From the NCBI RefSeq assembly GCF_001194135.2, contig NC_068981.1, forward strand, positions 10,604,512 through 10,640,950: a DNA stretch of 36,439 nt. Direction: 5' to 3'. The DNA is from Octopus bimaculoides. Its lineage: Eukaryota. The notes beneath the pieces were generated by a model. It made no database searches. It was not told the origin of the DNA and saw only the letters and a list, made by a program, of their open reading frames with translations. How positions within the stretch are numbered: position 1 is the first letter of the stretch; each line of letters starts with the position of its first letter. The translations under genes and the position numbers were made by a program. Below, in pieces: positions 1 through 10,480 of the stretch.

Positions 1-181
1 TGTGTGTGTATATATATATATATATGCGTATGTATATATATATATGTGCATATGTATATATGTATGTATGTGTGTGTGTATATATATATATATATATGCG
101 TATGTATATATATATATGTGCATATGTATATATGTACGTATGTGTGTGTATATATATACATATATATATATGTGTGTGTGT
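1..181. repeat. Compound (TA)/(TG) microsatellite with ~70-72 bp higher-order duplication
   Basis: tgtgtgtgtatata...tatgcgtatgtata...tatgtgcatatgtatatatgta occurs at 1-70 and again at 71-~142. Confidence 0.9.
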
Positions 182-277
182 ATATTATTCTCCCACCTGT
201 ATTCTACTGTTACTCTTTATTCTTCTATTTCTTATAAACTGTGAATTTTCCCTGTCTCAAATATCAATACCTTGAAT

Positions 278-345
278 CAGATGACGGGATACCCAGTGCG
301 TGGACATGCTTGCCTATCACTTGGTTTATCCCGAAAACGACTGTA
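278..345 (+). ncRNA. Degenerate hammerhead-like motif (Penelope-like pLTR remnant)
   Basis: CaGATGA-C-GGGATA...TATCCC-GAAA. GGGATA 286-291 pairs with TATCCC 327-332, extended by CCAGTG/CACTTGG. Core has U4>A and stems I/III are poor. Confidence 0.3.
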
Positions 346-446
346 AGGCTTCAAACCTACCTTACCCCAATGAAATTATTCTAAATGACTTGAGATACTC
401 GTTCTGCCTTGGTTTTGCTTTTTCCTCTAATATAATACGTATATTA

Positions 447-586
447 TATGTATGTGTATGTACATATATATGTAGCTATATGTAGGTATATGTACATGTA
501 TATATATGTACATGTATATATATGTACATGTATATATATGTATGTGTACATATATATGTGTATATATATGTATGTGTGTGTGTATA
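447..586. repeat. Compound TA/TG/TACA microsatellite
   Basis: Low-complexity tatgtacatatata-type run. Confidence 0.9.
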
Positions 587-1053
587 TAGAAAGAATTTTA
601 ATGACTCATGTAAGGTGCAATTGTAATTGAAAAAGTGGTGGAACAGATATCCAGAAAATTCAGATGTCCAGCAAAACCTCCAGTCCCTCTGGTGCTGCAT
701 AGGAGAGAGTTTACTGTATTTATTTTAGTTTTGTAATCTGCTGGACACTGTCATTATGACCACAACAACAACAAAAATCTAGTTTTATTCTCATCTATAA
801 ACTAATTTAATGTGAATGAATAGTCTTGACATGGCTTTAACTGCTGTATTTTTTATTTTTTTTCTCTTTACATTCTGTAAATGGATCGCTTGTCTTCTTT
901 GTACAATATTTGTCTCCAGCTCTACATTTCTGTTCTTAAAAGAGTGGATCCTGCCTTAAATAAAAGTGAATCATTCACTAAAACCAATCAGATTTCCACT
1001 GGACTATTGATAAGGTGTTTAGGCCACCTAACCTTCTTCATCAGAGTAATTTT

Positions 1054-1289
1054 NNNNNNNNNNNNNNNNNNNNNNNNNNNNNNNNNNNNNNNNNNNNNNN
1101 NNNNNNNNNNNNNNNNNNNNNNNNNNNNNNNNNNNNNNNNNNNNNNNNNNNNNNNNNNNNNNNNNNNNNNNNNNNNNNNNNNNNNNNNNNNNNNNNNNNN
1201 NNNNNNNNNNNNNNNNNNNNNNNNNNNNNNNNNNNNNNNNNNNNNNNNNNNNNNNNNNNNNNNNNNNNNNNNNNNNNNNNNNNNNNNNN
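1054..1289. other. Assembly gap (one of ten: 1054-1289, 6470-6729, 9661-9900, 12368-12422, 16159-16827, 17975-18173, 19407-20198, 20958-21666, 22719-22728, 25307-25316)
   Basis: Runs of N, mostly abutting microsatellites or repeats. Confidence 1.
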
Positions 1290-1323
1290 GTTTTGTTTTC
1301 ATTTATCATTACTTTGTCCTCAG

Positions 1324-1537
1324 TGTCAGAGGATTTGATCTCAGCTCTGCAAACCACCAAAATCACTTGTCGGCAATTTCTGGTAAATTCAGTTCTCCAC
1401 TGGGTCCTCAACTTATTGTTCTTTTTTTCTTTTATCTTCTCCACTGCTAGGTAAGTGGCATTCAGGAAGGTCGTGTACTTTGGCCTGGACACAGCACAGT
1501 GCTTATAATGGAGTGCAAACTCCTCAGTCCACAGTGA
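1324..1537 (+). other. Tentative host-gene exon(s), unidentified product
   Basis: Polypyrimidine+CAG acceptor at 1323, open frame SEDLISALQTTKITCRQFL, possible GT at 1383, second pyrimidine tract+TAG at 1450, then VSGIQEGRVLWPGHSTVLIMECKLLSPQ*. No homology recognised. Confidence 0.2.
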
Positions 1538-2579
1538 AGGAAGCCATCCCTTTATCCAGTCAACTAACTGTAACTTAACCCTATCATTACTTAACCTCTA
1601 TCATTTGAAATCGTCCAGTCCTTATCAAGTGTTCTAACCTGCCTTACACAAGATACCTGACATAGCTTCCTCTCCTTGAAATTGTCATTTGTAAAAGAAA
1701 ACAGCTTTAATAATGATATGTCTAAAATTTGGAGGTACATTAAGATTTCATGTATATTTTGAATTTAAAATGTCTTTTCTTTCATATTTCTAGTCATTTC
1801 CCCTCTATCTCTCTTTCTCTCCCTTCCCTCCCCTCTTTCTTTTCTGTCTGTCTGTCTTTCTTTCTGTCTCAGTTAAATGAAATATACTGCTTCTAAATTG
1901 ATCATAAAATTCAGGTAAGATAATAATTTATCTCCAAAATCATTTGTATGTACAATGAATTTATGGAAGCATATCTTCTGTCAAAATAAAGTATTTCATT
2001 TTTATGGGGTTTTTTCCCCAACATTATTTGCTGTTTTGTGATTTCTTTTTTAAAAACTTTTAATCTGAATTATATGTTCTGTTGTGTTCTGTACAATCCT
2101 CTTATTGTGTTGTATAAACTGTAGATTTACTCTCTCAAAGAAAGCTGATAATGAAGGAATTTCTGTAACCCAAACTGAATTCTAATTCTTACTCACTTTT
2201 TTAAGTAGTAATGCTTGACATTGTTACATTAAAAAAAGGAAAAGGGAAAGAAAAAAACAGTAAACCTTGGTAGTTATCTTCTTTTTCAAAACAGCCACGA
2301 TGTTATGTTTTGTTTGTATGCATATGTATATATATTTTAATATCTATCAGGAACAACAGAGTTATTCAAGGGCTGAGATTTTCATGCATCACCAAACCTA
2401 TATGTATATACACAATATTGCTATTTTTATCACAAGTTTATATACATTCTTAAGATTCTATAAAAACCATTACATTCAAATATACTTTTTTTTAAAACCT
2501 TTTGCCAGTAAAATTTATTGGCTTAACCATTTAGTTTTAACTTTTATTTCATTAATTCTTAAGAAAAAATTTTTCCACA

Positions 2580-2928
2580 TAACCAAATTCGATGACTGGC
2601 ACCCACGCCAGTGGAGCGCTAACAGCACCATCTGAGCAGGATCACTGCCAGAGCAGCGGTCTTGCTTCCGTGCCGGTGGCACGTAAAAAACACCATTTGA
2701 GCGCAATTGCTTCCAGCTTTGCCTTACTGGCACTCGTGCCAGTGGGCATGTGAACAAAACATTGGACTTACTCCTGTGCAGGTGGCACGTAAAAAAAACA
2801 CCATTTGAGTGTGGCTGTTGCCAGAACAGATTGGAGCCTGGTGTAGCCATCTGGTTCGCCAGTCCCTAGTCAAATCGTCCAACCCATGCTAGCATGGAAA
2901 GCGAACGTTAAATGATGATGATGATGAT
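2580..2928 (+). mobile_element. Family B: RTE-LINE 3' UTR fragment with (GAT)n tail
   Basis: Internal repeats gtgcc/aggtggcacgtaaaaaacaccatttgag and terminal ccaacccatgctagcatggaaagcgaacgttaaatgatgatgat shared with 6730-6976 and 12558-12972. Confidence 0.85.
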
Positions 2929-3172
2929 TACTAGTACTATTCAGCTAGCTTGTGCTTGTGTCACATAAAAAGCACTAAGTCCATTCTGCTGAGTGGTTGA
3001 TAAAGATAAAAAATTTGTGTTAATAAAAAAGTGAATTTTACCTGTGCTTTGCCCACTTTTGCTATGCGCTGCTATTCAGATACCTCTCTTCCTTTCTTTT
3101 CCAGATTTCTTTATGCCAAAGTTCTTTTTAACCCTTTCATTACTATTCTTCTCTCCAAAATATACTCTTTCG

Positions 3173-3814
3173 TTATCATCATCATTGTTTAACATCTGCT
3201 TTCCATGCTGGCATGGGTTAGACGGTTTGACTGAGGTCTGGCGAGCCAGAAGGCTGCACCAGTCTCCAATCTGATCTGGTAAAGTTTCTACAGCTTGATG
3301 CCCTTCCTAATGCCAACCACTTCTCAACAAGTTTCTGCAAGCATAGTTTATTGTCCAATGATTGAAGGGTACTCATAAATGGGCTGGTTATACAACACTG
3401 GCATAGGCCACAGTTATGGTCTCATTTCGCTTGCTGGATCTTCTCAAGCACAGCATATCTCCAAAGGTCTCGGTCACTTGTCATTGCCTTGGTAAGTCCC
3501 AGTGTTCGAAGGTCGATCTTCACCACCTCATCCCAGGTCTTCTTGGGTCTACCTCTTCCGCAGGTTCCCTCAACTGCTAGGGTGTGAGACTTTTTCACAC
3601 AGCTGTCCTCATCCATTCGCAACACATTACCATACCAGCACAGTCGTCTCTCTTGCACACCACATCTGATGCTTCTTAAGTCCAACTTTGCTCTCAGGGC
3701 GCTTATATTCTGTCCTGTATGCACACTGACATTACACATCCAGCGGACCATACTGACTTCGTTACTTGCAAGCTTACGCATGTCCTAAGCAGTCACAGCC
3801 CATGTTTCACTGCC
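3173..3814 (-). mobile_element. 5'-truncated RTE-clade LINE (ORF end + 3' UTR + (GAT)n tail)
   Basis: ORF remnant 3422-3814 contiguous with 3' UTR and family B tail 3173-3321. Confidence 0.85.
3422..3814 (-). pseudogene. C-terminal remnant of RTE-type reverse transcriptase ORF
   Basis: GSETWAVTA*DMRKL...ERRLCWYGNVLRMDE...GTCGRGRPKKTWDEVV...DRDLWR matches RTE motifs (GSETW, RRLRWxGHVxRM, GRPxxTW, DRxxWR); in-frame stop upstream of the Met. Confidence 0.85.
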
Positions 3815-4161
3815 GTTTCGATGAAATTCTAGAATAATCCTAAATTTAGACTGGTTTCAGCACCCACTACACTCTTGGTTTGCATTATGTAGGACATCCA
3901 ACTGTAGGAATGATGCCAAAACAGATTCTAGAACTTGGTGTGGCTCCTGCCAAACATGGAAATCCAACATTAAACCATGACAACGCTGATCCACATATTA
4001 ATGGCATTGTTTTCTTCTTACTGTCTTGTCTTGTGAAGTTTTTCTTATAATCTCTGAGCATCAGTAAGTAATCTCACTCATTTTGATTAATGAATATTGA
4101 TCTGTGGATACAAGCCAGAGTTTTACAGTAGTTCACTGAAAGTCTAAAACTCTGCCTTTAA

Positions 4162-4325
4162 GGATGGCAATGGTTAAGAAATATGCTTTCCAACCACATG
4201 GCTTCAGGTTCAGTCCCACTGTGTGCCACCTAATGCAAATGACCACTACTATGGCCAGAGCTGAGCAAAACCTTGTGAGTAGGTTTTCTTGACAGAAGCT
4301 AAAACTAAAAGAACGCCAGTGTGTG
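4162..4325 (+). mobile_element. Family A SINE, degenerate 5' half
   Basis: ccaaccacatggcttcaggttcagtcccactgtgtgccacc...aaccttgtgagt. Confidence 0.6.
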
Positions 4326-4363
4326 TCTTTGTATCTCCTCCTCTTTGGCATCACATGATATAT

Positions 4364-4690
4364 CATCATCATCATTTAACATCCATTGTCCATGCTGGCA
4401 TGGGTTGGACGGTTTGACTGGGCTGGAAGGCTGCACCAGACTCCAGTCTGATTTGGCACAGTTTTCTATGGCTGGATGCCCTTCCTAATGCCAACCACTC
4501 CGAGAGTGTAATGGGTGCTTTTACATGCCACCAATATGGGTGCCATGATTGCAATTTTGCTTGGCTTGATGGGCTTTCTTCTCAAGCCCGACATAATGCC
4601 AAAGATCTGGGTCATTACCTCTGTGAGACCCAACACTCAAAAGGAACTCAGTCACCTTGCCTCTGTGGAACAAATGTCACTGTGGTACAA
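4364..4690 (-). mobile_element. RTE-LINE 3' end (ORF terminus + family B tail)
   Basis: (CAT)n + ttaacatccattgtccatgctggc...ggatgcccttcctaatgccaaccactccgagagtg. 4555-4640 on minus resembles the ORF end of the 3422 copy (frameshifted). Confidence 0.75.
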
Positions 4691-4719
4691 GCAGTGTCCT
4701 TCCTCTACAATCTTTCACT

Positions 4720-4840
4720 GGAAATATTGCCTTACTTGGAAGCAAGTGAATGTTGACGACAAAGGTATCCAACTGTCAAAAATCAGTTTTTTGAGAAATT
4801 CAGTCTGATCATGCAAGCATTGGAAAAGCTTGATGATGAT
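4720..4840 (+). mobile_element. Degenerate variant (GAT)n-tailed retroelement 3' end
   Basis: catgcaagcattggaaaagcttgatgatgat; related to 13008-13110, 27121-27250, 31887-32000, 32985-33088. Confidence 0.5.
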
Positions 4841-4909
4841 AAAATGCTGGATCTGGAAGGGAAGTATTTGCTATCTGTGTCCTTTGCAGACCTAATCCAG
4901 CATCTTTCC

Positions 4910-5010
4910 TTTTACTTGAAGTCTGGTACTTAGTCTATAGGTCTCTTGCTGACCTGCTATTACAGGGACATAAACAAACCAACACTGGTTAGCAAGGGGC
5001 AGACAATGAC
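4910..5010 (-). mobile_element. Family A SINE 3' fragment
   Basis: ggtacttagtctataggtctcttgctgacctgctattacagggacataaacaaaccaacact is the reverse complement of the family A 3' half. Confidence 0.6.
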
Positions 5011-5056
5011 GCACATATTTGATGATCTTCTGCACAGTTTCTTATTTCTTTACTGC

Positions 5057-5262
5057 CAACAAGGGGCTACTCACAGAGGGGACAGACAAACAGATCAAGT
5101 TGATTATATCGACACCCCCCCCCCCCCAGTGCGTAACTGGTACTTATTTAATCGACCCTGAAAGGATGAAAGGCAAAGTCAACCTCGGCGGAATTTGAAC
5201 TCAGAACATAGTGACAGACAAAATACCACTGAGCATTTCAGACAGCATGCTAACGTTTCTGC
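5057..5262 (-). mobile_element. Family D tRNA-headed SINE
   Basis: cagtgcgtaactggtacttatttaatcgaccctgaaaggatgaaaggcaaagtcaacctcggcggaatttgaactcag; minus-strand B-box-like gagttcaaattcc. Confidence 0.85.
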
Positions 5263-6729
5263 CTTCTGCGCAGTTTCTGACTACTAAGTTCACTGACAAG
5301 GTATTGGTCAGCCTAGGGCTATAGTAGAAATTGGTTACAAAGCATACTTTTTAATCACATAGCCTTAGCTGCACCATCATTGTTCTGAGTTCAAATCCTA
5401 ACTGTTTTCTTTCTTCCTTCTAAGACTAATAATTACTAGCAGGACCCGTGAATATTTCATGGAATTAATGGTAAACCTACAGGGTTATTTCTAAAGAGCC
5501 TGAAAGCATAGCCTGTGTTGTGTCTGTATGGAAAGATAGTGCTCATCTGTTATTCATTGGAAAGTGAAAGAAATTGGAATACGATGATTACTATATGCAC
5601 AGTTTTATAGACTTAATACACAGCACTCTTAAAATAAATTTTCACTCTTATTTTTCCTACGAACAAAAAATATATCCCGTACATATGATACAACCTGTAG
5701 TTAAATTGCATATATCTTCCACATGAATAAGCATGAATATTTTATGGAATTGCACTTATGCGCTAAGTGATAGGTGATATAGAAAACTTAGTTCAGTTAA
5801 AAAGAAAATACACTTTTCACTATCCAGTCATCACTTCTCTCTTTTTCTCTGCCTTTCTTTAACCTCACTATCAGAACATCACCCCTCTGCTTAAATTAGA
5901 TTTTTTAACTCTTCTCCTCTATATAACCACTACCTTCAACTAACTATTTTAACCACATAATAAATATTATATTGCCCCTACTTCACATCATGAATGCTTC
6001 TATCTCTCCTTTTTCTCTAATCATGTGAAAGCATTATCGACAGGCTAAGTAACAGAATGACAAGCAGAATTATTATGAGATACCTACTCTTTGTTGTTCA
6101 AACCATTTTGTTTTGTGGCAATTCATAGGAAAACAATATTTTCATGTGAGCACCATAGAATATAAGGAAACTATTTTCTGACATCAATCCTCGATGTTTT
6201 TTTTGTTTTTTTCTCCCAAACTAAATTTACAGCAAGATAAAGAAAACAGATCAGTTTGTACACCAAAATAGCTTGAAAAAAGCCAAAAATTGCATTTGAA
6301 ATGCAACAGGATCTGGAGAGATATTGACGATATTTGAATGTTTACACTATTTACTTACAGTGACTAAGCTGATAAATACAGTCTGTTTCTTCAGGCCAAA
6401 CCTGCAGTCTGGTTTTTGGTTTCCTATTTCAAACTTTGTTTGATTTCATGACTTTGCAGGGGAAGACATNNNNNNNNNNNNNNNNNNNNNNNNNNNNNNN
6501 NNNNNNNNNNNNNNNNNNNNNNNNNNNNNNNNNNNNNNNNNNNNNNNNNNNNNNNNNNNNNNNNNNNNNNNNNNNNNNNNNNNNNNNNNNNNNNNNNNNN
6601 NNNNNNNNNNNNNNNNNNNNNNNNNNNNNNNNNNNNNNNNNNNNNNNNNNNNNNNNNNNNNNNNNNNNNNNNNNNNNNNNNNNNNNNNNNNNNNNNNNNN
6701 NNNNNNNNNNNNNNNNNNNNNNNNNNNNN

Positions 6730-6976
6730 TGGCACATAAAATACACCATTTTGAGCGTGGCCGTTGCCAGTACCGCTTGACTGGCCTTCGTGCGGGTGAC
6801 ACGTAAAAGCACCCACAACACTCTCTGAGTGGTTGGCGTTAGGAAGGGCATCCAGCTGTAGAAACTCTGTCAAATCAGATTGGAGCCTGGTGTAGCCATC
6901 TGGATTCACCAGTCCTCAGTCAAATTGTCCAACCCATGCTAGCATGGAAAGCGGACGTTAAATGATGATGATGATG
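6730..6976 (+). mobile_element. Family B RTE 3' UTR fragment with (GAT)n tail
   Basis: gagtggttggcgttaggaagggcatccagctgtagaaactctg...gcggacgttaaatgatgatgatgatg. Confidence 0.9.
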
Positions 6977-6984
6977 TGTGTTTG

Positions 6985-7314
6985 TGTGGTCCCAACCACA
7001 TGGTTCTGGGTTCAGTCCTACTGCATGGCCATATTGGGTAAGTGTCTTCTACTATAGCTTTGGGCTGACCAAAGCCTTGTGTATGGATTTGGTAGATGGA
7101 AACTGAAAGAAGCCTGTCATATTTATTTGTGTGTGTGTCCCCTATCATTGCTTGACAACCAGTGTTTGTGTGTTTACATCCCTATAACTTAGCAGTTTAG
7201 CAAAGAAGCTGGTAGAATAAGTACTAGAACTTACAATAAGTCAAGTTATCCGACAAACACTTCAAGGTGGTGCTCCAGCCAGGCTACAGTCAAATGACTG
7301 AAACAAATAAAAGA
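6985..7314 (+). mobile_element. Family A CORE-like tRNA SINE (tandem copy 1)
   Basis: ggttcagtcc B-box; gggtaagtgtcttctactatagc; 3' caaatgactgaaacaaataaaaga. Confidence 0.85.
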
Positions 7315-7648
7315 ATGGCTGTGTGGTAAGAAGCTTGCTTCCCAACTACATGGCTTCCTAGTTCAGTCCCACTGCATAAACACCTTGGGCAAGTGTCTTC
7401 AAGTATAGCCTTGGGCCAATCAAAGCCTTGTGAGTGGGTTTGGTAGATGGAAACTGAAAGGAGCCCATCATATATAGATGTGTGTTTGTCTCCACCACCA
7501 TCGCTTGACAACCGATGTTGGTGTGTTTATGTCCCTCTAACTCAATGGTTCAGCAAAAGAGACCGAATAAGTCCTGGGGTTGATTTGTTTGACTAAAAGC
7601 AGTGCTCCAGCATTGCCAGAATCAAATGACTGAAACAAGTAAAAGAAA
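7315..7648 (+). mobile_element. Family A SINE (tandem copy 2)
   Basis: tggctgtgtggtaagaagc head, accttgggcaagtgtctt, same 3' end. Confidence 0.9.
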
Positions 7649-7663
7649 AAATACTTGTGTGTG

Positions 7664-8044
7664 CAGGCATAGCTGTGTGGTAAGAAGCTTGCCTACCAAC
7701 CACATGGTTCTGGGTTCAGTCCCACTGCGTGGCACCTTGGGCAAGTGTCTTCTACTTTAGCCTCGGACTGACTAAAGCCTTGTGAGTGGATTTGGTAAAT
7801 GGAAACTGAAAGAAGCCCGTCGTATATATATATGTGTGTGTGTGTCTATGTTTGTCCCCTCCACCATCGCTTGACAACCGATGTTGGTGTGTTTACATCC
7901 CCGTAACTTAGCGGTTCGGCAAAGAGACCGATAGAATAAGTACTAGGCTTACAAAGAATAAGTTCTGGGGACAATTTGCTCGACTAAAGGCGGTGCTCCA
8001 GCATGGCCACAGTCAAATGACTGAAACAAGTAAGAATAAAAGAA
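7664..8044 (+). mobile_element. Family A SINE (tandem copy 3, near-consensus)
   Basis: Full head with A/B-box-like motifs, internal TA/TG microsatellite, 3' gcggtgctccagcatggccacagtcaaatgactgaaacaagtaag. Confidence 0.92.
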
Positions 8045-8437
8045 AGGTATGTGTATTTATGTACCTATAAGTATATGATATAGGCGTGGTGGCATTGCTA
8101 GCTCATGCATGTATAATTTTTTTTTCTTTTCTTTTTCAATGTCAACTTCTCCTCCTGTACAAGACATTGCACTCCACCTTCCTCGTATATACCTGGGTGT
8201 ATTATGATCCACTGTTCAGTGTCTAAAATCATCTCAGCTTTGACAATGTTATTTAGTCAAAAGTTAAATAATACAGTACAGGCACATTTATTTTAAACTT
8301 GGATCCGCCTCCGAACACTTTGTTATCTGTTTGTGAAATTAAATTACTTCTGCATTTTACACTTGGCCTCATTGTTAAGACCAGCTGCAATTGGCTGACT
8401 TTATTTATGAGATAGTAGCAAAAAGTTGCCAGGCACA

Positions 8438-8740
8438 GAGGTGGCTGTGTGATAAGAAACTCATTTCCCAACCACATGGTTCCAGGTTCCATCCCTCTGT
8501 GTGACACCTTGGGCAAGTGTCTTCTACAGCTTCGGGCCAACCAAAGCCTTGTGAGTGGATTTGGTAGATGGAAACTGAAAGAAGTCTTTGTGTCTGTGTT
8601 TACCCCACCACCATGTGAGAATTAATGTTGGTGTGTTTACGTACCTGGAACTTAGCAGTTCAGCAAAACGATTGATAGAATAAGTCCTGGAGTTGATTTG
8701 TTTGACTAAAACCCTTAAAGGCAGTGCCACAAGTAAAAGG
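8438..8740 (+). mobile_element. Family A SINE with internal deletions
   Basis: ggtggctgtgtgataag...ggttccatccc...accttgggcaagtgtcttctac. Confidence 0.85.
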
Positions 8741-8756
8741 TAGGTCAATCCTTAAT

Positions 8757-9025
8757 GCACATCATTTAACATATTTTTTTCCATGCTGGCAATGGGTTGG
8801 ACAGTTTGACCAGAGCCACTCTAGGTTCCATTGATTGTTTAAGCATAGCTTCTACAGCTGGATGCCCAGAAATATGGTGGGGGAAATAAGGTTAATGGTG
8901 CAGAGACCCTCAAGGACAAGCATTAACCAAGGTGCTTTTAGGATATCAATAAACCCGCTGTGATGAGCGGGTTTTCTTGAGTACAGCAAGGCACCAGATG
9001 TCTTGGTCCTTTGTCATCTCCTTCA
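8757..9025 (-). mobile_element. Fragmented RTE-variant 3' end
   Basis: Tail 8757-8870 (catcatttaac...ctacagctggatgccc). 8955-9025 on minus reads KEMTKDQDIWCLAVLKKTR, similar to AMTSDRDLWRYAVLEK. Confidence 0.55.
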
Positions 9026-9028
9026 TAT

Positions 9029-9193
9029 TCATCATCATCATTGTCGTTGTTTAACGTCCGCTTTCCATGCTAGCATGGGTTGCACGATTTGACTGGGGAC
9101 TGGTGGACCAGGAGGCGACACCAGGCTCCAATCTGATTTGGCAGAGTTTCTACAGCTGGATGCCCTTCCTAACGCCAACCACTCCGAGAGTGT
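9029..9193 (-). mobile_element. Family B tail
   Basis: catcatcatcattgtcgttgtttaacgtccgctttccatgctagc...ggatgcccttcctaacgccaaccactccgagagtg. Confidence 0.9.
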
Positions 9194-9381
9194 CATATTT
9201 ATGTTCAGGTACCATCGCCTTTGAATTTCACAGTAATGCCAGCATATCTCGAAGGTCACAAAAGCATTACAGAAGTCCTTGTGGAGTGCCATTCAATATC
9301 ACCTGTCATTTCATGGTGACATCGATGATTCCAAACTATGATACATTGTGATTGGCTTACATCCTGTTTTATTTATTTTTT

Positions 9382-10107
9382 GGATCTTTTTTAAAACGGG
9401 GGCCACATTTTTCATTAACGAAACACTTTGAAACTTGGAACACTGGTAGAATGTGTCATATAAAACATCTTTTTCTCTTAGTCTTCTTAAAAAAAAAGAA
9501 ATCCCTAAGTTATTCCATGTTAAAGTTGTCGTATTTCTGTAATTTCAACCAATCACTGACGTCCATTCAGCCGATATACATTAAGTGCCGACTACATAAA
9601 CAAACGATTCTGAAACAATTCTATCGGTGATAGGGTTAGGGTAAAACAGCAAATTTAAAANNNNNNNNNNNNNNNNNNNNNNNNNNNNNNNNNNNNNNNN
9701 NNNNNNNNNNNNNNNNNNNNNNNNNNNNNNNNNNNNNNNNNNNNNNNNNNNNNNNNNNNNNNNNNNNNNNNNNNNNNNNNNNNNNNNNNNNNNNNNNNNN
9801 NNNNNNNNNNNNNNNNNNNNNNNNNNNNNNNNNNNNNNNNNNNNNNNNNNNNNNNNNNNNNNNNNNNNNNNNNNNNNNNNNNNNNNNNNNNNNNNNNNNN
9901 AAATGTAAACAACTGAATACTTGTCAGTGATTGGTTGAAATTATCGAAATAAGACAATTTTTTACATGAAATAAATTCGAATACAAAAATATTTTTCTGT
10001 TCTATAACACAAAATAGATAAGTATACAAAGTTTGAAAGTCTTTCGGTACCAAAATCACTACGTAAAACATTGATGAAAAATGTGGCCCCCGTTTTAAAA
10101 AAGATCC
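9382..10107. mobile_element. Non-autonomous DNA transposon (MITE) with TIRs and 8-bp TSD
   Basis: ggatcttttttaaaacgggggccacatttttcat at 9382 is the exact reverse complement of the right end at 10107. A further inverted match lies at 9528-9570 vs 9913-9955. TATTTTTT flanks both sides (9374-9381, 10108-10115). Centre is an N gap. Confidence 0.85.
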
Positions 10108-10264
10108 TATTTTTTTTCTGGGTAGTTAACGTAGTTTATCCATTAATGAGTTGTCTTCTTTTACATTTAGCAGCATTCACAACCGAGACAATCAGCTTCT
10201 TCACTTATGTGCAGGTGCATGATCGTTATTGACCTCCAAAACGTCAGGAGACAAACTTCACAAC

Positions 10265-10480
10265 AATCATCATCATTTAACATTCATTTTCCATGCTGGC
10301 ATGGGTTGGATGGGTTGACAGGGACTGGAAAGCCATAGGGCTGTACCAGGCACAAATTGTCTGTTCTGGCATCGTTTCTATAACTGGATGCTCTTCTCAA
10401 CTTTAACCACTTTACTGAGTGTATGAGAGTTTTTGGGGTTTTTTTTATGTGGCACTGGCATGGGTGCTTTTTATGTGACA
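10265..10480 (-). mobile_element. Family B-like tail, diverged
   Basis: catcatcatttaacattcatttccatgctggcatgggttgga...actggatgctcttctcaac. Confidence 0.75.

Noticed and set aside
2-700. ORFs rich in Y/I/C/V/M or T/H/Y (also 17585-17925, 22028-22383, 25833-26033, 32024-32341)
   Set aside because: Translations of TA/TG microsatellites
1873-1914. 42-nt AG...CAG|GTAAGA micro-exon
   Set aside because: Stop codons in all three frames; could only be non-coding and there is no support
6355-6430. Minus-strand exon ending CACT|GTAAGT
   Set aside because: No polypyrimidine acceptor upstream and peptide not recognisable
6985-8044. Regularly recurring repeats resembling a CRISPR-like array
   Set aside because: Units are ~330-380 bp SINEs without unique spacers, there are no cas genes, and the context is eukaryotic
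9631-9642. Telomeric TTAGGG repeat
   Set aside because: Only about two units, internal to a MITE
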